A stretch of 64,000 nt of DNA from an uncultured Chloroflexia bacterium (GCA_963806695.1 CAWDYT010000001.1:12026-76025), one strand, 5' to 3'. Counted from the stretch's first letter, positions 51,313 to 60,720 are shown. Notes: generated by a model not told the origin, from the sequence alone. Program-made: numbers and translations.

Positions 51313-51687
51313 TCAGGCGCTCCGCGGTGGGAGCCGGGAGGCGCGGCTCGCGTCGGCGTCGATCAGCAGGTCGGCGACGACCAGCAGGACGATCGCGAGC
51401 TCGATGCCCTTCGTCACCCAGCCAAGGGTGAAGTACGGACCCATCACGAGGTAGGCCACGATCGTGACCGATGCGTACGCTGCCAACCCAACCCGAGGCA
51501 GCCAGCTGAGGCGGCGGATGGCCGGCATCGGCATGACTACCGCGATGAGGTAGGCGGTGCCGAGCGCGAGATAGCCGGCGGCATTGAGCAGGAACAGCGT
51601 GCCGCCCAGGGTGAAGTGGATGATCGCCGTGGCGAGCGTGAGCTCGAGGATCACCCCAGTCAAGAGGATCCTCGGTGTCGTGGTCAT
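51313..51687 (-). CDS. small membrane protein (about 124 aa)
   Basis: ATG 51687 with a GGAGGT SD. Its stop lies 1 nt before the J-domain gene start. Confidence 0.55.
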   Translation of the reverse strand: MTTTPRILLTGVILELTLATAIIHFTLGGTLFLLNAAGYLALGTAYLIAVVMPMPAIRRLSWLPRVGLAAYASVTIVAYLVMGPYFTLGWVTKGIELAIVLLVVADLLIDADASRASRLPPRSA

Positions 51688-51783
51688 CGGTCCGACCTCC
51701 GGTCGTTCGTTCGTTGTCACACTGAGCACGAACCGACGCCACCGGATGTGACCGCAGACAATGCGTCAACGATGAACGATGAC

Positions 51784-52332
51784 ATGGCGCTTCGGCCCGA
51801 ACGGCCTGGCGAGGAACGACGCGTACGCGGCGTCGTCGGGGCGGCGTTCGTGGGCGAGCCAGTGGTGGGGGAGCTGGTGGACGCCCTCCGTCGCTCACCG
51901 GACTCGGTGCCCGGCCTGTCGTTCGTGGCCGAGCTGGAGGGCGAGATCGTCGGCCACGTCCTGTTCACGCGCAGTCTGCTCGACGCGCCACGTCGGCTGG
52001 TCGACGTTCTCGTCCTGAGCCCGGTATCCGTGGCTCCGGCACGGCAGGGCCGGGGGATCGGCAGCGCGCTCATCCGGCACGGCCTCGACGAGGTGCGGCG
52101 CCTGACCGACGAGCCTCTCGTGTTCCTCGAGGGCCCGCCCGGGTTCTACGCACGCTTCGGCTTCGAGCCCGCTGGGGCACTGGGCTTCCGTCGGCCATCG
52201 CTACGGATCCCCGAGCCCGCGTTCCAGGTCCTGCGGCTGCCCGCCTGGGAGACGTGGATGATCGGCACGCTGGTGTACTCGCGGGTGTTCTGGGATCTCG
52301 ACTGTGTCGGCCTGCGCGACGTTGACGAATGA
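51784..52332 (+). CDS. GNAT family N-acetyltransferase
   Basis: ...RQGRGIGSALIRHGLDE... The start could be 51772 or 51784. Confidence 0.7.
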   Translation: MALRPERPGEERRVRGVVGAAFVGEPVVGELVDALRRSPDSVPGLSFVAELEGEIVGHVLFTRSLLDAPRRLVDVLVLSPVSVAPARQGRGIGSALIRHGLDEVRRLTDEPLVFLEGPPGFYARFGFEPAGALGFRRPSLRIPEPAFQVLRLPAWETWMIGTLVYSRVFWDLDCVGLRDVDE

Positions 52333-52393
52333 TGGCGATGTCACACTCGACGGATCAGATCCGTGTTCCCCGCATGACCCCCAGGACGACGAC

Positions 52394-53269
52394 GTGACAC
52401 GACAGGATTGGCTGGCCGAGGAGTTCGAGCGACACCGCAGCCACCTGCGCGCAGTCGGCTACCGCATGCTCGGATCGGTCACCGAGGCGGATGACGCCGT
52501 GCAGGAGGCCTGGCTGCGGCTCGACCGAAGCGATCCGGGCGGGACCGATGACCTGCGTGGCTGGCTGACGGTGGTGGTCGGACGCATCTGCCTCGACACG
52601 CTGCGCCGGCGGAAGTCGCGCAAGGAGCAGTTCGCCGGCTCGTGGCTTCCGGAGCCGATCGTCCGCACGCCGAACGACGCGGGTCCGGAGCGCGATGCGG
52701 TGATGGCCGATACGGTCGGGCTCGCGCTGCTGGTCGTGCTCGAGTCGCTGACGCCGGCGGAGCGGCTCTCGTTCGTGCTGCACGACGTGTTCGGCGTGTC
52801 CTTCGAGGAGATCGCGCCGGTGGTGGAGCGCTCGCCGGCCGCGGCTCGTCAGCTCGCGAGTCGCGCGCGGCGGCGTGTGCGGGACGAGGCACCGGAACCG
52901 GATGCCGACCTGGCGGTCCAGCGGCGAGCCGTGGATGCGTTCCTGGCCGCGGCACGCGACGGCGACTTCGACGCGCTCCTCCGCGTGCTCGACCCCGACG
53001 TTGTCGTACGGGTCGACGGCGGCCCGAAGGCAACGGGAGCGTTCGCGCGGCCACCGCTGGTCGGAGCCGAGGCGGTCGCCGGTGCGGCCGAGAACTTCCG
53101 CGGCGGGGCCGATCGGGCGGAGCCGGTGCTCGTCAACGGTGCCGCTGGCCTGCTGGTCAGGTTCCCAGCCCGGTCGCTCGTCGCGGCGTTCACGGTGGCC
53201 AACGGGCGGATCGTCGAGATCGACATCATCGCCGACCCCGAGAAGCTCCGCGGGATTGACCTCGGCTGA
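52394..53269 (+). CDS. ECF RNA polymerase sigma factor with SnoaL-like C-terminal extension (ECF41/SigJ-like)
   Basis: Sigma region 2 (...DAVQEAWLRL...) and region 4 (...LTPAERLSFVLHDVFGVSFEEIA...), plus a roughly 100-aa C-terminal extension. GTG start with an AGGACGA SD. Confidence 0.75.
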   Translation: MTRQDWLAEEFERHRSHLRAVGYRMLGSVTEADDAVQEAWLRLDRSDPGGTDDLRGWLTVVVGRICLDTLRRRKSRKEQFAGSWLPEPIVRTPNDAGPERDAVMADTVGLALLVVLESLTPAERLSFVLHDVFGVSFEEIAPVVERSPAAARQLASRARRRVRDEAPEPDADLAVQRRAVDAFLAAARDGDFDALLRVLDPDVVVRVDGGPKATGAFARPPLVGAEAVAGAAENFRGGADRAEPVLVNGAAGLLVRFPARSLVAAFTVANGRIVEIDIIADPEKLRGIDLG

Positions 53270-53275
53270 GCCGCC

Positions 53276-53989
53276 CTAGGCCAGGGCGACCCTCAGCTCA
53301 TCGGCCCGCGCCAGCTCGTCGGCGAGTGCTGCCCGGTCGTCCGCGGCGAGCTGCATGGCCGCCACGTCGTCCAGCAACGACGAGGCTCGGGCGTCGTCGC
53401 CGAGGGCATGGGCCGCATCGGCGCGCATGACCCGCGCCCGCACGAGGAGCGCTTCTGGCGCATCGGGCGTCGCCGCCAGGGCGTCGTCGATCACGCGGGC
53501 CGTCGTCTCCGGATCGCCCTTGGAGTAGAGGAGCTGGTTCGCGGCCTCGAGCGCCTTGTCCAGACGCGAGCGCGGGCCGGCCGTCGCCTCGGTACTTATC
53601 GGCTGACCGATGCGGATGATGTTGCCGCCGGGATCGGTCATTAGGAACTGGCGGACACCGTACGACATGTCCCCGAGCGCGCCGATGCGCGGGATGCCGC
53701 GGCTCGGGATGCGACCCAGCGCCGTCTTGAGTCCCGCCCGGAACTCGGCGTGCAGGCGGTCGATGTCGGAGACCAATACGTAGCAGGTGCTGTACGACTC
53801 GGCCGGCTCGTAGCCCTTCATCACAAAGAAATGCAGCTCGATGGCGCCGCGCTGGACCGATGCGTACACGTTCGGCGCCTTTTGCCGATAGGTGACCTCG
53901 AAGCCGAGCGCCTCGTAGAAGGCGATCTGGTCGTCGATCGAGCGGCAGGGGAGGAGCGGGATCATCCGATCCGCCGGCAGGTCGGTCAT
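53276..53989 (-). CDS. VOC family protein with C-terminal helical extension
   Basis: ATG 53989. The ATGA overlap with the upstream DUF1801 gene was read directly. Confidence 0.7.
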   Translation of the reverse strand: MTDLPADRMIPLLPCRSIDDQIAFYEALGFEVTYRQKAPNVYASVQRGAIELHFFVMKGYEPAESYSTCYVLVSDIDRLHAEFRAGLKTALGRIPSRGIPRIGALGDMSYGVRQFLMTDPGGNIIRIGQPISTEATAGPRSRLDKALEAANQLLYSKGDPETTARVIDDALAATPDAPEALLVRARVMRADAAHALGDDARASSLLDDVAAMQLAADDRAALADELARADELRVALA

Positions 53990-54363
53990 GACGTGCTCTT
54001 CGCGCTGCCCTCGTGGGCGACCTCGCGGTTCCTGATCTCGACGATGCGGGTCACCAGCTCGAGGGGGATCGGCTGGTCCGCCGGAAACCGGATCGTGCCC
54101 TTGCCGACGGCGTACGGCTTCAACGCCTCGCCCAGATCCTCGAGCATGCCGTCGCTCCACGGGAAGATGCTGTAGTGACGCTTGAAGGCCTCATACGAGA
54201 CCAGGAATCGGCCGCCCAGGCGGAAGGCGGGCATGTTGTACGAGATCGCCTCGGTCGCATCGGGCGCCGCCTCACGGATCGTGCTGCGGAGCTCCTCCAT
54301 CACCGAGCGTCGGTCATCCGGGAGCGAAGCCATGTAGTCGTCCACGCTCGCGTACTTGGCCAT
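53986..54363 (-). CDS. DUF1801 domain-containing protein
   Basis: Intact 125-aa ORF. Confidence 0.7.
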   Translation of the reverse strand: MAKYASVDDYMASLPDDRRSVMEELRSTIREAAPDATEAISYNMPAFRLGGRFLVSYEAFKRHYSIFPWSDGMLEDLGEALKPYAVGKGTIRFPADQPIPLELVTRIVEIRNREVAHEGSAKSTS

Positions 54364-54447
54364 CTACCGCCTCGAGACATCATTTGACGTCGGGCCGTTG
54401 CCGCCTGACATTGACACAGGCCGGTGGTGCCGTGCGAGGAGACATCG

Positions 54448-54825
54448 ATGACGACCTGGACTGAAGACGACCTCGACCGCATCAGTTCGGCCGACGAGCT
54501 CCAGATCTCGTCGCGGCGCCGGGATGGCAGCCTCCGGAAGTTCATTCGCATCTGGGTCGTGCGCCACGGCGACGAAATCTACGTCCGCTCGGCCTACGGC
54601 CCGGAGAACGGCTGGTTCGTGCGGGCGCTCGCCTCGGGTGAAGGCCGCATGCGCGCCGGTGGCGTCGAGCGCGATGTCACCTTCGAGCGCCCCGCCGCCG
54701 GCTCGCTGGACGCCGACATCGACAGCGCGTACCACGCCAAGTACGACCGATACGGTGCGCGCATCGTCGCCTCGGTCGTCGGCCCCGAGGCCACTCGCAA
54801 CACCCTGAGGCTCGTTCCGCGATGA
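54448..54825 (+). CDS. DUF2255 family protein
   Basis: MTTWTEDDLDRISSADELQISSRR... GAGGAGA SD. Confidence 0.65.
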   Translation: MTTWTEDDLDRISSADELQISSRRRDGSLRKFIRIWVVRHGDEIYVRSAYGPENGWFVRALASGEGRMRAGGVERDVTFERPAAGSLDADIDSAYHAKYDRYGARIVASVVGPEATRNTLRLVPR

Positions 54826-54907
54826 GGTCGGCTGTTGGCAGCGCGCCGGAACCGGAGCTGGCCACGAGCGCAACGCCGGCTGCCGCCACCGACTGAGCGA
54901 CGCTTCT

Positions 54908-55720
54908 TCAGCCGTTGCGGGATGCCGCGATCAACGCGAGCAGCGGCTCGCTGAGGCGCGTTGCGACGGCCTCGTCGTGCCGGCGCAGCTCGTCGAGGAA
55001 GGCATGCGTGGCGACGTCGATCGCTCCGAGCACGGTCGCCGGTTCGAGGTCGGGGACGAGAGAGCCCGCGAGGGCCGCAAGCTCCTCGTCCGGGACGTCG
55101 TCCACCCGCGGAAGCTCATCGGGCTCGAACCCGTGCCGTTCCGAAGCGAGCGCGAGGGTCCGTGTCCGGATGCGCTGCAGGTAGTACAGCGACTGCCAGC
55201 GGCGGCCGCGATTCGCAGCGACGCAGGCGTGGACCACGTCGTGCGCGGCGAAGCCTGCCTCGCTCGTGGCGTCGGGCGTCGGTGACCACGCAGACCACGC
55301 GGCAGCGATCTCGGTCACGCGGCCGGTCCGGTCGAACAGCACGCGCGTCGGCGCCCAGGCGGCGAAGTCGTCGATCGGTGCGAAGCCCATGTCCAGCAGC
55401 AGAGCGTCCCTCAGCAGAAAGCCGCGAACGAGCGTGGTGCCGAACGCGGTGGCGTAGTGATGGGCGACCGGCCATTCCCGGTAGGCCAGGGCCTCCCAAT
55501 CCGTCGTCAGGGCCCTGGACTCGGCCTCCGTTCCCGTCAGTGCCAGCAGATCGACGTCCGACCATCGGTCGCCACTCCCGCGACCGAGCGACCCGGTGAG
55601 CACGACCGCCGTGACGCGCTCATCGGCCTTGAGCAGCTCGACCGCACGCGCCAGCACGGCGTCTCGCTCGGCGACCGTGAAGACCGAACGGAGTTCCTTC
55701 CCATTCCCCACGCACACCAT
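54908..55720 (-). CDS. nucleotidyltransferase-domain protein (aminoglycoside 6-adenylyltransferase / ANT(6)-like)
   Basis: ...VVLTGSLGRGSGDRWSDVDLLAL... The upstream part of ORF 54908..56155 is non-coding. Confidence 0.6.
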   Translation of the reverse strand: MVCVGNGKELRSVFTVAERDAVLARAVELLKADERVTAVVLTGSLGRGSGDRWSDVDLLALTGTEAESRALTTDWEALAYREWPVAHHYATAFGTTLVRGFLLRDALLLDMGFAPIDDFAAWAPTRVLFDRTGRVTEIAAAWSAWSPTPDATSEAGFAAHDVVHACVAANRGRRWQSLYYLQRIRTRTLALASERHGFEPDELPRVDDVPDEELAALAGSLVPDLEPATVLGAIDVATHAFLDELRRHDEAVATRLSEPLLALIAASRNG

Positions 55721-55792
55721 CTTCCGCCGCGATGTCCAGACCGGCCAGGGCCGCGATCGCGACCGACTGACGGGGATCGCTACCATCGGCCG

Positions 55793-56374
55793 GTGACCCT
55801 CGACCGCCTGCCCGGACCGATCCGCCGCTGGCTCTACGCCGGCGGAACGCGACAGGATCGCTTGAGGGACCCGGACGCGGTCATTCGCGTGCTCGACGTG
55901 CGCCCCGGCATGGTCGTCGGAGACCTTGGGCCCGGCGCCGGGCACTTCACGCTGCGTCTCGCCCGCGCCGTCGAGCCGGACGGCATCGTGTACGCGCTCG
56001 ACGCGAGCCAGGGCACGCTCGACGACCTGGTGCGCGATGCGGAGAAACGTGCGATCTCGACGCTGCGGGCAGTCCGGGTGCCACGCGACCGCCTCCAGGT
56101 TCCGGAACCGGTCGACCTGCTCTTCGTCTCGGCGACCTATCACCATCTGCCGCACGCCTCGACCTACTTCGCGGAGGCGCGCAGGTTCCTTCGGCCCGCG
56201 GCCACGGTCGCGATCCTCGAGTCACGGCGCGAAGGATTGCTCGCCCGTTGGCAGGCCGCTCACGCCACGTCGTCGAAGCGGGTGCTGCGCGAGATGACCG
56301 ATGCTGGCTACCGCCTCAAGACGACGCACGACGTCGTGTACGGCTACTGGTTCGGGCTGTTCGAGGTCGCGTAA
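55793..56374 (+). CDS. class I SAM-dependent methyltransferase
   Basis: ...VLDVRPGMVVGDLGPGAGHFT... (motif I). GTG start. Divergent from the nucleotidyltransferase. Confidence 0.65.
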   Translation: MTLDRLPGPIRRWLYAGGTRQDRLRDPDAVIRVLDVRPGMVVGDLGPGAGHFTLRLARAVEPDGIVYALDASQGTLDDLVRDAEKRAISTLRAVRVPRDRLQVPEPVDLLFVSATYHHLPHASTYFAEARRFLRPAATVAILESRREGLLARWQAAHATSSKRVLREMTDAGYRLKTTHDVVYGYWFGLFEVA

Positions 56375-56389
56375 CGCCCGCCGTCCGCC

Positions 56390-57166
56390 TCAGCGAGCCA
56401 GCGAAGCCTCCAGACTTGCCTGCCGGAACAGCAGGCCCGATGCGACCCACGCCGCGACGAAGAATGCATCGGCCAGAAGGGTCGGCCCGAGTCCGGTGAT
56501 CAGCGCGATGATGGCGACCACCGCCTGGGCGCCGGCCGCCGCGAACATGGCCAGGGACGCCTCCCGCGGCTCGAAGCGGCCGATGGCGGCACCGACGAGC
56601 GCGACGAAGAGGACGAGCACGTACATCAGGTTCCCGGGCTCGACGTCCATCATCCCCACCGCCAGGTTGACCCAGATCAGGCCGAATCCCGCCAGGACAG
56701 CGATGCCGACGGCGGCCTTGTGCGCCGTGCTCCTGCCGCGCCCACTGGCGTACTCGAACAGGAGGCCGCTCCCGAGGATGAGGACGCCCATGGTGGCGAA
56801 GTCCATCGGACTCCAGTTCACGCCGTCGGTGCCTGAGCCGGGATCGGGGACACCGAGGTTGAACGCCATGGCGAGGGCCGGCACCGCCAGCACCGCCGCT
56901 GTGACCAGCACCCAGCGGCCCCATCGGAACAGGTTGTTATCCATGATTTGCGTCATGTTCTCCCTCATGATCTGTGCGGAGGTCTCGGCGAACGTCCCGA
57001 TGGCGAAGGCGTGGAGGCCACGGCTCGCACCGGTCCGTTCGCGGCAGAGGTCGGTGAAGGTCTGTGCCATCGGCTCGCCGAAGCGCTCCTGGAACGGCCG
57101 CGGGTAGAGGCGGAGAAGGCGGCCGTACCAGCGGCGGTATCGGCCGATCGCGCGGTCAGACGCCAT
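56390..57166 (-). CDS. PadR-associated membrane protein
   Basis: Intact. Its start overlaps the upstream PadR stop. Confidence 0.6.
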   Translation of the reverse strand: MASDRAIGRYRRWYGRLLRLYPRPFQERFGEPMAQTFTDLCRERTGASRGLHAFAIGTFAETSAQIMRENMTQIMDNNLFRWGRWVLVTAAVLAVPALAMAFNLGVPDPGSGTDGVNWSPMDFATMGVLILGSGLLFEYASGRGRSTAHKAAVGIAVLAGFGLIWVNLAVGMMDVEPGNLMYVLVLFVALVGAAIGRFEPREASLAMFAAAGAQAVVAIIALITGLGPTLLADAFFVAAWVASGLLFRQASLEASLAR

Positions 57167-57518
57167 CGGCGAACGCGTTTGGCGTGATCCGCTTCTCGGT
57201 GGCGACGGCCACGACCTCGCGGTATCGGTCCAGCTCGGCGCTGAGCGCCCTCCGCCCGAGCCCGGTCAGCTTGTAGTAGATGCGGCGTTCGTCGTCCATG
57301 GCGGGGTCGACCCGCTTGTCGCTCTCCTTGATGAGACCGGCTTCCATCATCCGGCCCAGCGATCCGTAGAGCGTGCCCGGGCCCATCTTCACCTTGCCGT
57401 GGGACTCCCGCTCGACCTGCTTCATGATCCCGTATCCGTGCCGCTCCTCGGTGGAGAGCGCGAGCAGGATATGAAGCACGGCTGGTGTGAGGGGAGCGTC
57501 TTGCTTTCTATTCAGCAA
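57156..57518 (-). CDS. PadR family transcriptional regulator (start ambiguous: TTG 57518 with a GAGAAG SD, or ATG 57560)
   Basis: ...LTPAVLHILLALSTEERHGYGIMKQVERESHGKVKMGPGTLYGSLGRMMEAGLI... Confidence 0.75.
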   Translation of the reverse strand: MLNRKQDAPLTPAVLHILLALSTEERHGYGIMKQVERESHGKVKMGPGTLYGSLGRMMEAGLIKESDKRVDPAMDDERRIYYKLTGLGRRALSAELDRYREVVAVATEKRITPNAFADGV

Positions 57519-57532
57519 CGACTTCTCACTAT

Positions 57533-57563
57533 ATCCGTGACGGATGCAATGAGAATACATCCG
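57533..57563. promoter_or_regulatory. nested palindromes at the PadR 5' end (read on the minus strand): CGGATG-n11-CATCCG and ATCCGT-c-ACGGAT; a candidate promoter TTGACG-17-TATTCT lies just upstream
   Basis: Read directly from the sequence. Candidate PadR auto-operator. Confidence 0.45.
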
Positions 57564-57649
57564 CTACCGATACACGTCAAACCGATCCAAGGCAGGCGGG
57601 GTTGATGCCAAGCGGAGCGCGCTGACAAACCGGCGGTCGGCCGGTTGGG

Positions 57650-58045
57650 CTAGAAGTCGCGGCGGCCGGCGAAGTGCTCGCCCACCTCCGGGCGAGCGAG
57701 CTGATAGATCGCGAGCCGATGGCCACCGGGGGTCTCGAAGGTGCACACGGGGCCGTGCGGAATCTCGAGAGTGTGTCCTCGCTTCCAGCCGCGCGCTTCG
57801 AGCGTCTGCGTTGCCTGCTTGATGTCGGCCACCCGAAAGACCATGACGGGCCGCTCGCCTTCGAGGTGCTCGGCCAGGAGGAGGCGCGGCGGGCCATCGG
57901 TCATCTCGACCATCGCGACCCGTGTGCCCATGCCCTCGACCGCGAACGTCAGCGTGGCGCCCAGGACCTCGGTGAAGTAGCGGGCGTCGGCCGCGACGTC
58001 GCGGCTCGGCATGTAGATGAAGTCGAGCTGCTCGAACAGCGTCAC
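57650..58045 (-). CDS. VOC family protein
   Basis: GTG 58045 with an AGGAG SD 3 nt upstream. Confidence 0.7.
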   Translation of the reverse strand: MTLFEQLDFIYMPSRDVAADARYFTEVLGATLTFAVEGMGTRVAMVEMTDGPPRLLLAEHLEGERPVMVFRVADIKQATQTLEARGWKRGHTLEIPHGPVCTFETPGGHRLAIYQLARPEVGEHFAGRRDF

Positions 58046-58198
58046 GCTCCTGTTGTACACCCGACCGCGCCGGGGTTCGGTTCGACTTCGGTGATCGGGC
58101 TGGGTTGGAGAAGAGAAACGGTGTCTCGGCGCGCCGAAGGTCGACCGAAGTGCGGCACGCGCATGGTCGGTGGACCACGCACAACGCAGGGACCACCG

Positions 58199-58627
58199 AT
58201 GATGATCTACCACCTTCCGTTCATGAACTCCGCGCGACTGGCCACCGAGCGCCGCACGGCGGTCGAACGCTACTTCGAAGCAATCCAGCAGGGTGATCGC
58301 GACGAGCTCACCGCGCTGTTGACCGCCGACGCTGTGACGCGCTGGCCGCAATCGGGTGAGCGCATCACCGGCGCGATGAGCTGCATCCGCGTGCATGAGA
58401 GCTACCCCGGCGGGCCTCCCAAATATCGCGTCAACCGCATCACCGGCTCCGGCGAGGTGTGGACCGCCGAGCTCGTGTCCGACTACGGCGACGAGCGATG
58501 GTACGGCCTGAGCGTCCTGGAGTTCCGCGGCACGCGGATCGCGCGGATGACCGACTACTTCGGGCAGGCATTCCCAGCGCCGGAGTGGCGCAAGGACATG
58601 GTCGAGCTCGAGATCTCGCCGGTCTGA
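58199..58627 (+). CDS. SnoaL-like / NTF2-fold protein
   Basis: MMIYHLPFMNSARLATERRTAVERYFEAIQQGDRDELTALLTADAV... Confidence 0.65.
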   Translation: MMIYHLPFMNSARLATERRTAVERYFEAIQQGDRDELTALLTADAVTRWPQSGERITGAMSCIRVHESYPGGPPKYRVNRITGSGEVWTAELVSDYGDERWYGLSVLEFRGTRIARMTDYFGQAFPAPEWRKDMVELEISPV

Positions 58628-58704
58628 CCTCGATTTCGGGCCTGTACCGATGCGTGCCGCAGGCGTACCGTTGGCGGACGATTCTCCCGGAGGGGAGAGC
58701 TCTG

Positions 58705-60720
58705 ATGTCCGAGCAGCTCGAAGTCGTCACCCACGGCCTCACGGCCGTCCTGGCAACGTGGCTGGGACTCATCGTCGTGACCCGATCCACGCATCGCCGC
58801 GGCGCCCGGCTGTTCGCTCTGCTGGCGCTGTACCTCGTGGTCTGGTCGGTCGCGATCATCGTCGAGCGCCTGACGACCGAGCCGGGGGTCGTCGCTCCCC
58901 TCAACGCGCTCGAGGATGTCGCAGCCTTCATGCTGCCGGTGACGACCCTGCACGTCGCGCTCGTGCTGACCGTCGAGGGCCGTCGATCGACCGAGCAACA
59001 GGTGGTGCTGGTCATCGCGTACCTCGTGAGCATCGCGATGGCCGTCGGGGCCGTGTTCTTCCCCGAGCAGCAGCTTCGGGTGACGCCTCCGCACCTGGTC
59101 CTGCCCGGGATCTCGGGTGAGGTGCTCGGCTGGTCGTGGATCGCGGTTCGCATCCTGATCCTGGTCGCAGCGATGTACTGGATCGCTCGAGCGCTGCCGG
59201 CTGCCAGGGACGACACGGCGCGGCGCCGGCAGCTGTTCGCGCTGTTGGCGACCGTCGTGGTCGGCGCCATGGGGGGCACGCTGCGCTTCCTGCCAGGACC
59301 GGCGGACGCCGCTCCCTGGCTTGGCGTCGGTTTCGTCTCCCTCGGGATGGTCGTGGCCGCCTACGCCGTGCTGGCCGAGGGTGTGTTCCTCTCCCCGGAG
59401 ATCGCGGGCCGGGCGTTTCGGTACTCGCTCGTCGTCGGATTAGGCGTCATCGTCTACGTGGGCCTCGTCATCGGGCTCGAACGTGGCGCACGGGAGCTGT
59501 TCGCCGTCGACCTGCCGATCGTGACGGCCCTCGCCCTCGTGGCCACGATCGCGCTCGTCGATCCGGTCGCGTCGTGGCTGCGCTCAGTGCTGACCGCACG
59601 TGCCGGCCTCGACCCCTCGCTCGCTCGGCTGCGCCGCGCGCTGGGCGCCGACCTGACGACATCGACTCCGGAGACGGTCGTCGGCCCTGCGCTGGCACGC
59701 GTGAGCCGAACGCTGGCGCTGGACGGGGCCGCGGTGGAGGATCCGACCGGGCTGATCGTGGCGGAGCATGGCCGCCCTCAACGCGACTCGCCGCTGGCCA
59801 TCCGGCTGCCCCTGCGCAGCGGCCGTGATGAGCTCGGATGGGTCGTGTTCGGTCCGAAGGAGTCGCAGCTGCCCTTCGTGACCGAGGAGCTCGGGCTGCT
59901 CACCGCGGCTTCGGCCTACGTCGCCGCCTCGCTCGATCTCGGCGCACGGCACCGCGCCCAGGCCGATGCGCTCGAGACGTTGTCCGCCGACAGCGCCGCG
60001 GTCGGAGCTCACGGAGCGGCGCTGAGCGAAGCGCTCGTCGAATCGGCCGTGCCCGAACCGGGCCTCCATGTGTACGCCCTTGGGCCCCTCAGGGTGGAGC
60101 GCGGCGGTGTGCCGCTGGAGCACTGGGGCGGCAAGAAGGCCGGCTCGCGGCAGGCCGAGGCCGTCTTCGCATTCCTCTTCGATCGGGGCGAGCGAGGGGC
60201 CGCGAAGGAGGAGATCGTCGAGCTGATCTGGCCCGACGTTGACCTCGACAACGCGGATGTCGCGTTCCATCGGACCCTCAACGCTCTCCGAACCACGCTC
60301 GAGCCCGGCCGTCGCAGCGGCGCCAGGGGCTACGCGGTGACGTTCTCGAACGACCGATATCGGCTCCATCCGGCGGTCGTCCAGTGGAGCGACATCGGGG
60401 CATTCGACCAGTCGATGGCCTCCGCTGGCGCGGCGACCGGCGACGAGGAGCCGATTCGGTACCTGGAGCGCGCACGCGCGCTGTATCGGGGCGAGTACCT
60501 CGACGACTGTCCGTTCTACGGCGACTCCGCGGAGGTCGAGGAGCGGCGCGGCCTCCTGCGGCGGAGCTGCGTCGACGTGCTGCTGGCCCTCGGCGAGCGA
60601 TACGAGTCCCGCGGGGATCGACCGGCTGCCGCCGCGTCCTTCCGGCAGGCGCGGAGCCTCTACGGGGAGGACCTGCCGTCGGTCGACGAAGCCCTCGTGC
60701 GCCTGGGCGTCCCGATCTGA
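58705..60720 (+). CDS. membrane-anchored transcriptional regulator: N-terminal polytopic (about 7-8 TM) domain, central region, C-terminal OmpR-type winged helix + BTAD (SARP/AfsR-like)
   Basis: Intact 671-aa ORF with a GGGGAGAG SD. ...YALGPLRVERGGVPLEHWGGKKAGSRQAEAVFAFLF... (wHTH) and ...YLERARALYRGEYLDDCPFYGDSAEVEERRGLLRRSCVDVLLAL... (BTAD). Confidence 0.75.
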   Translation: MSEQLEVVTHGLTAVLATWLGLIVVTRSTHRRGARLFALLALYLVVWSVAIIVERLTTEPGVVAPLNALEDVAAFMLPVTTLHVALVLTVEGRRSTEQQVVLVIAYLVSIAMAVGAVFFPEQQLRVTPPHLVLPGISGEVLGWSWIAVRILILVAAMYWIARALPAARDDTARRRQLFALLATVVVGAMGGTLRFLPGPADAAPWLGVGFVSLGMVVAAYAVLAEGVFLSPEIAGRAFRYSLVVGLGVIVYVGLVIGLERGARELFAVDLPIVTALALVATIALVDPVASWLRSVLTARAGLDPSLARLRRALGADLTTSTPETVVGPALARVSRTLALDGAAVEDPTGLIVAEHGRPQRDSPLAIRLPLRSGRDELGWVVFGPKESQLPFVTEELGLLTAASAYVAASLDLGARHRAQADALETLSADSAAVGAHGAALSEALVESAVPEPGLHVYALGPLRVERGGVPLEHWGGKKAGSRQAEAVFAFLFDRGERGAAKEEIVELIWPDVDLDNADVAFHRTLNALRTTLEPGRRSGARGYAVTFSNDRYRLHPAVVQWSDIGAFDQSMASAGAATGDEEPIRYLERARALYRGEYLDDCPFYGDSAEVEERRGLLRRSCVDVLLALGERYESRGDRPAAAASFRQARSLYGEDLPSVDEALVRLGVPI

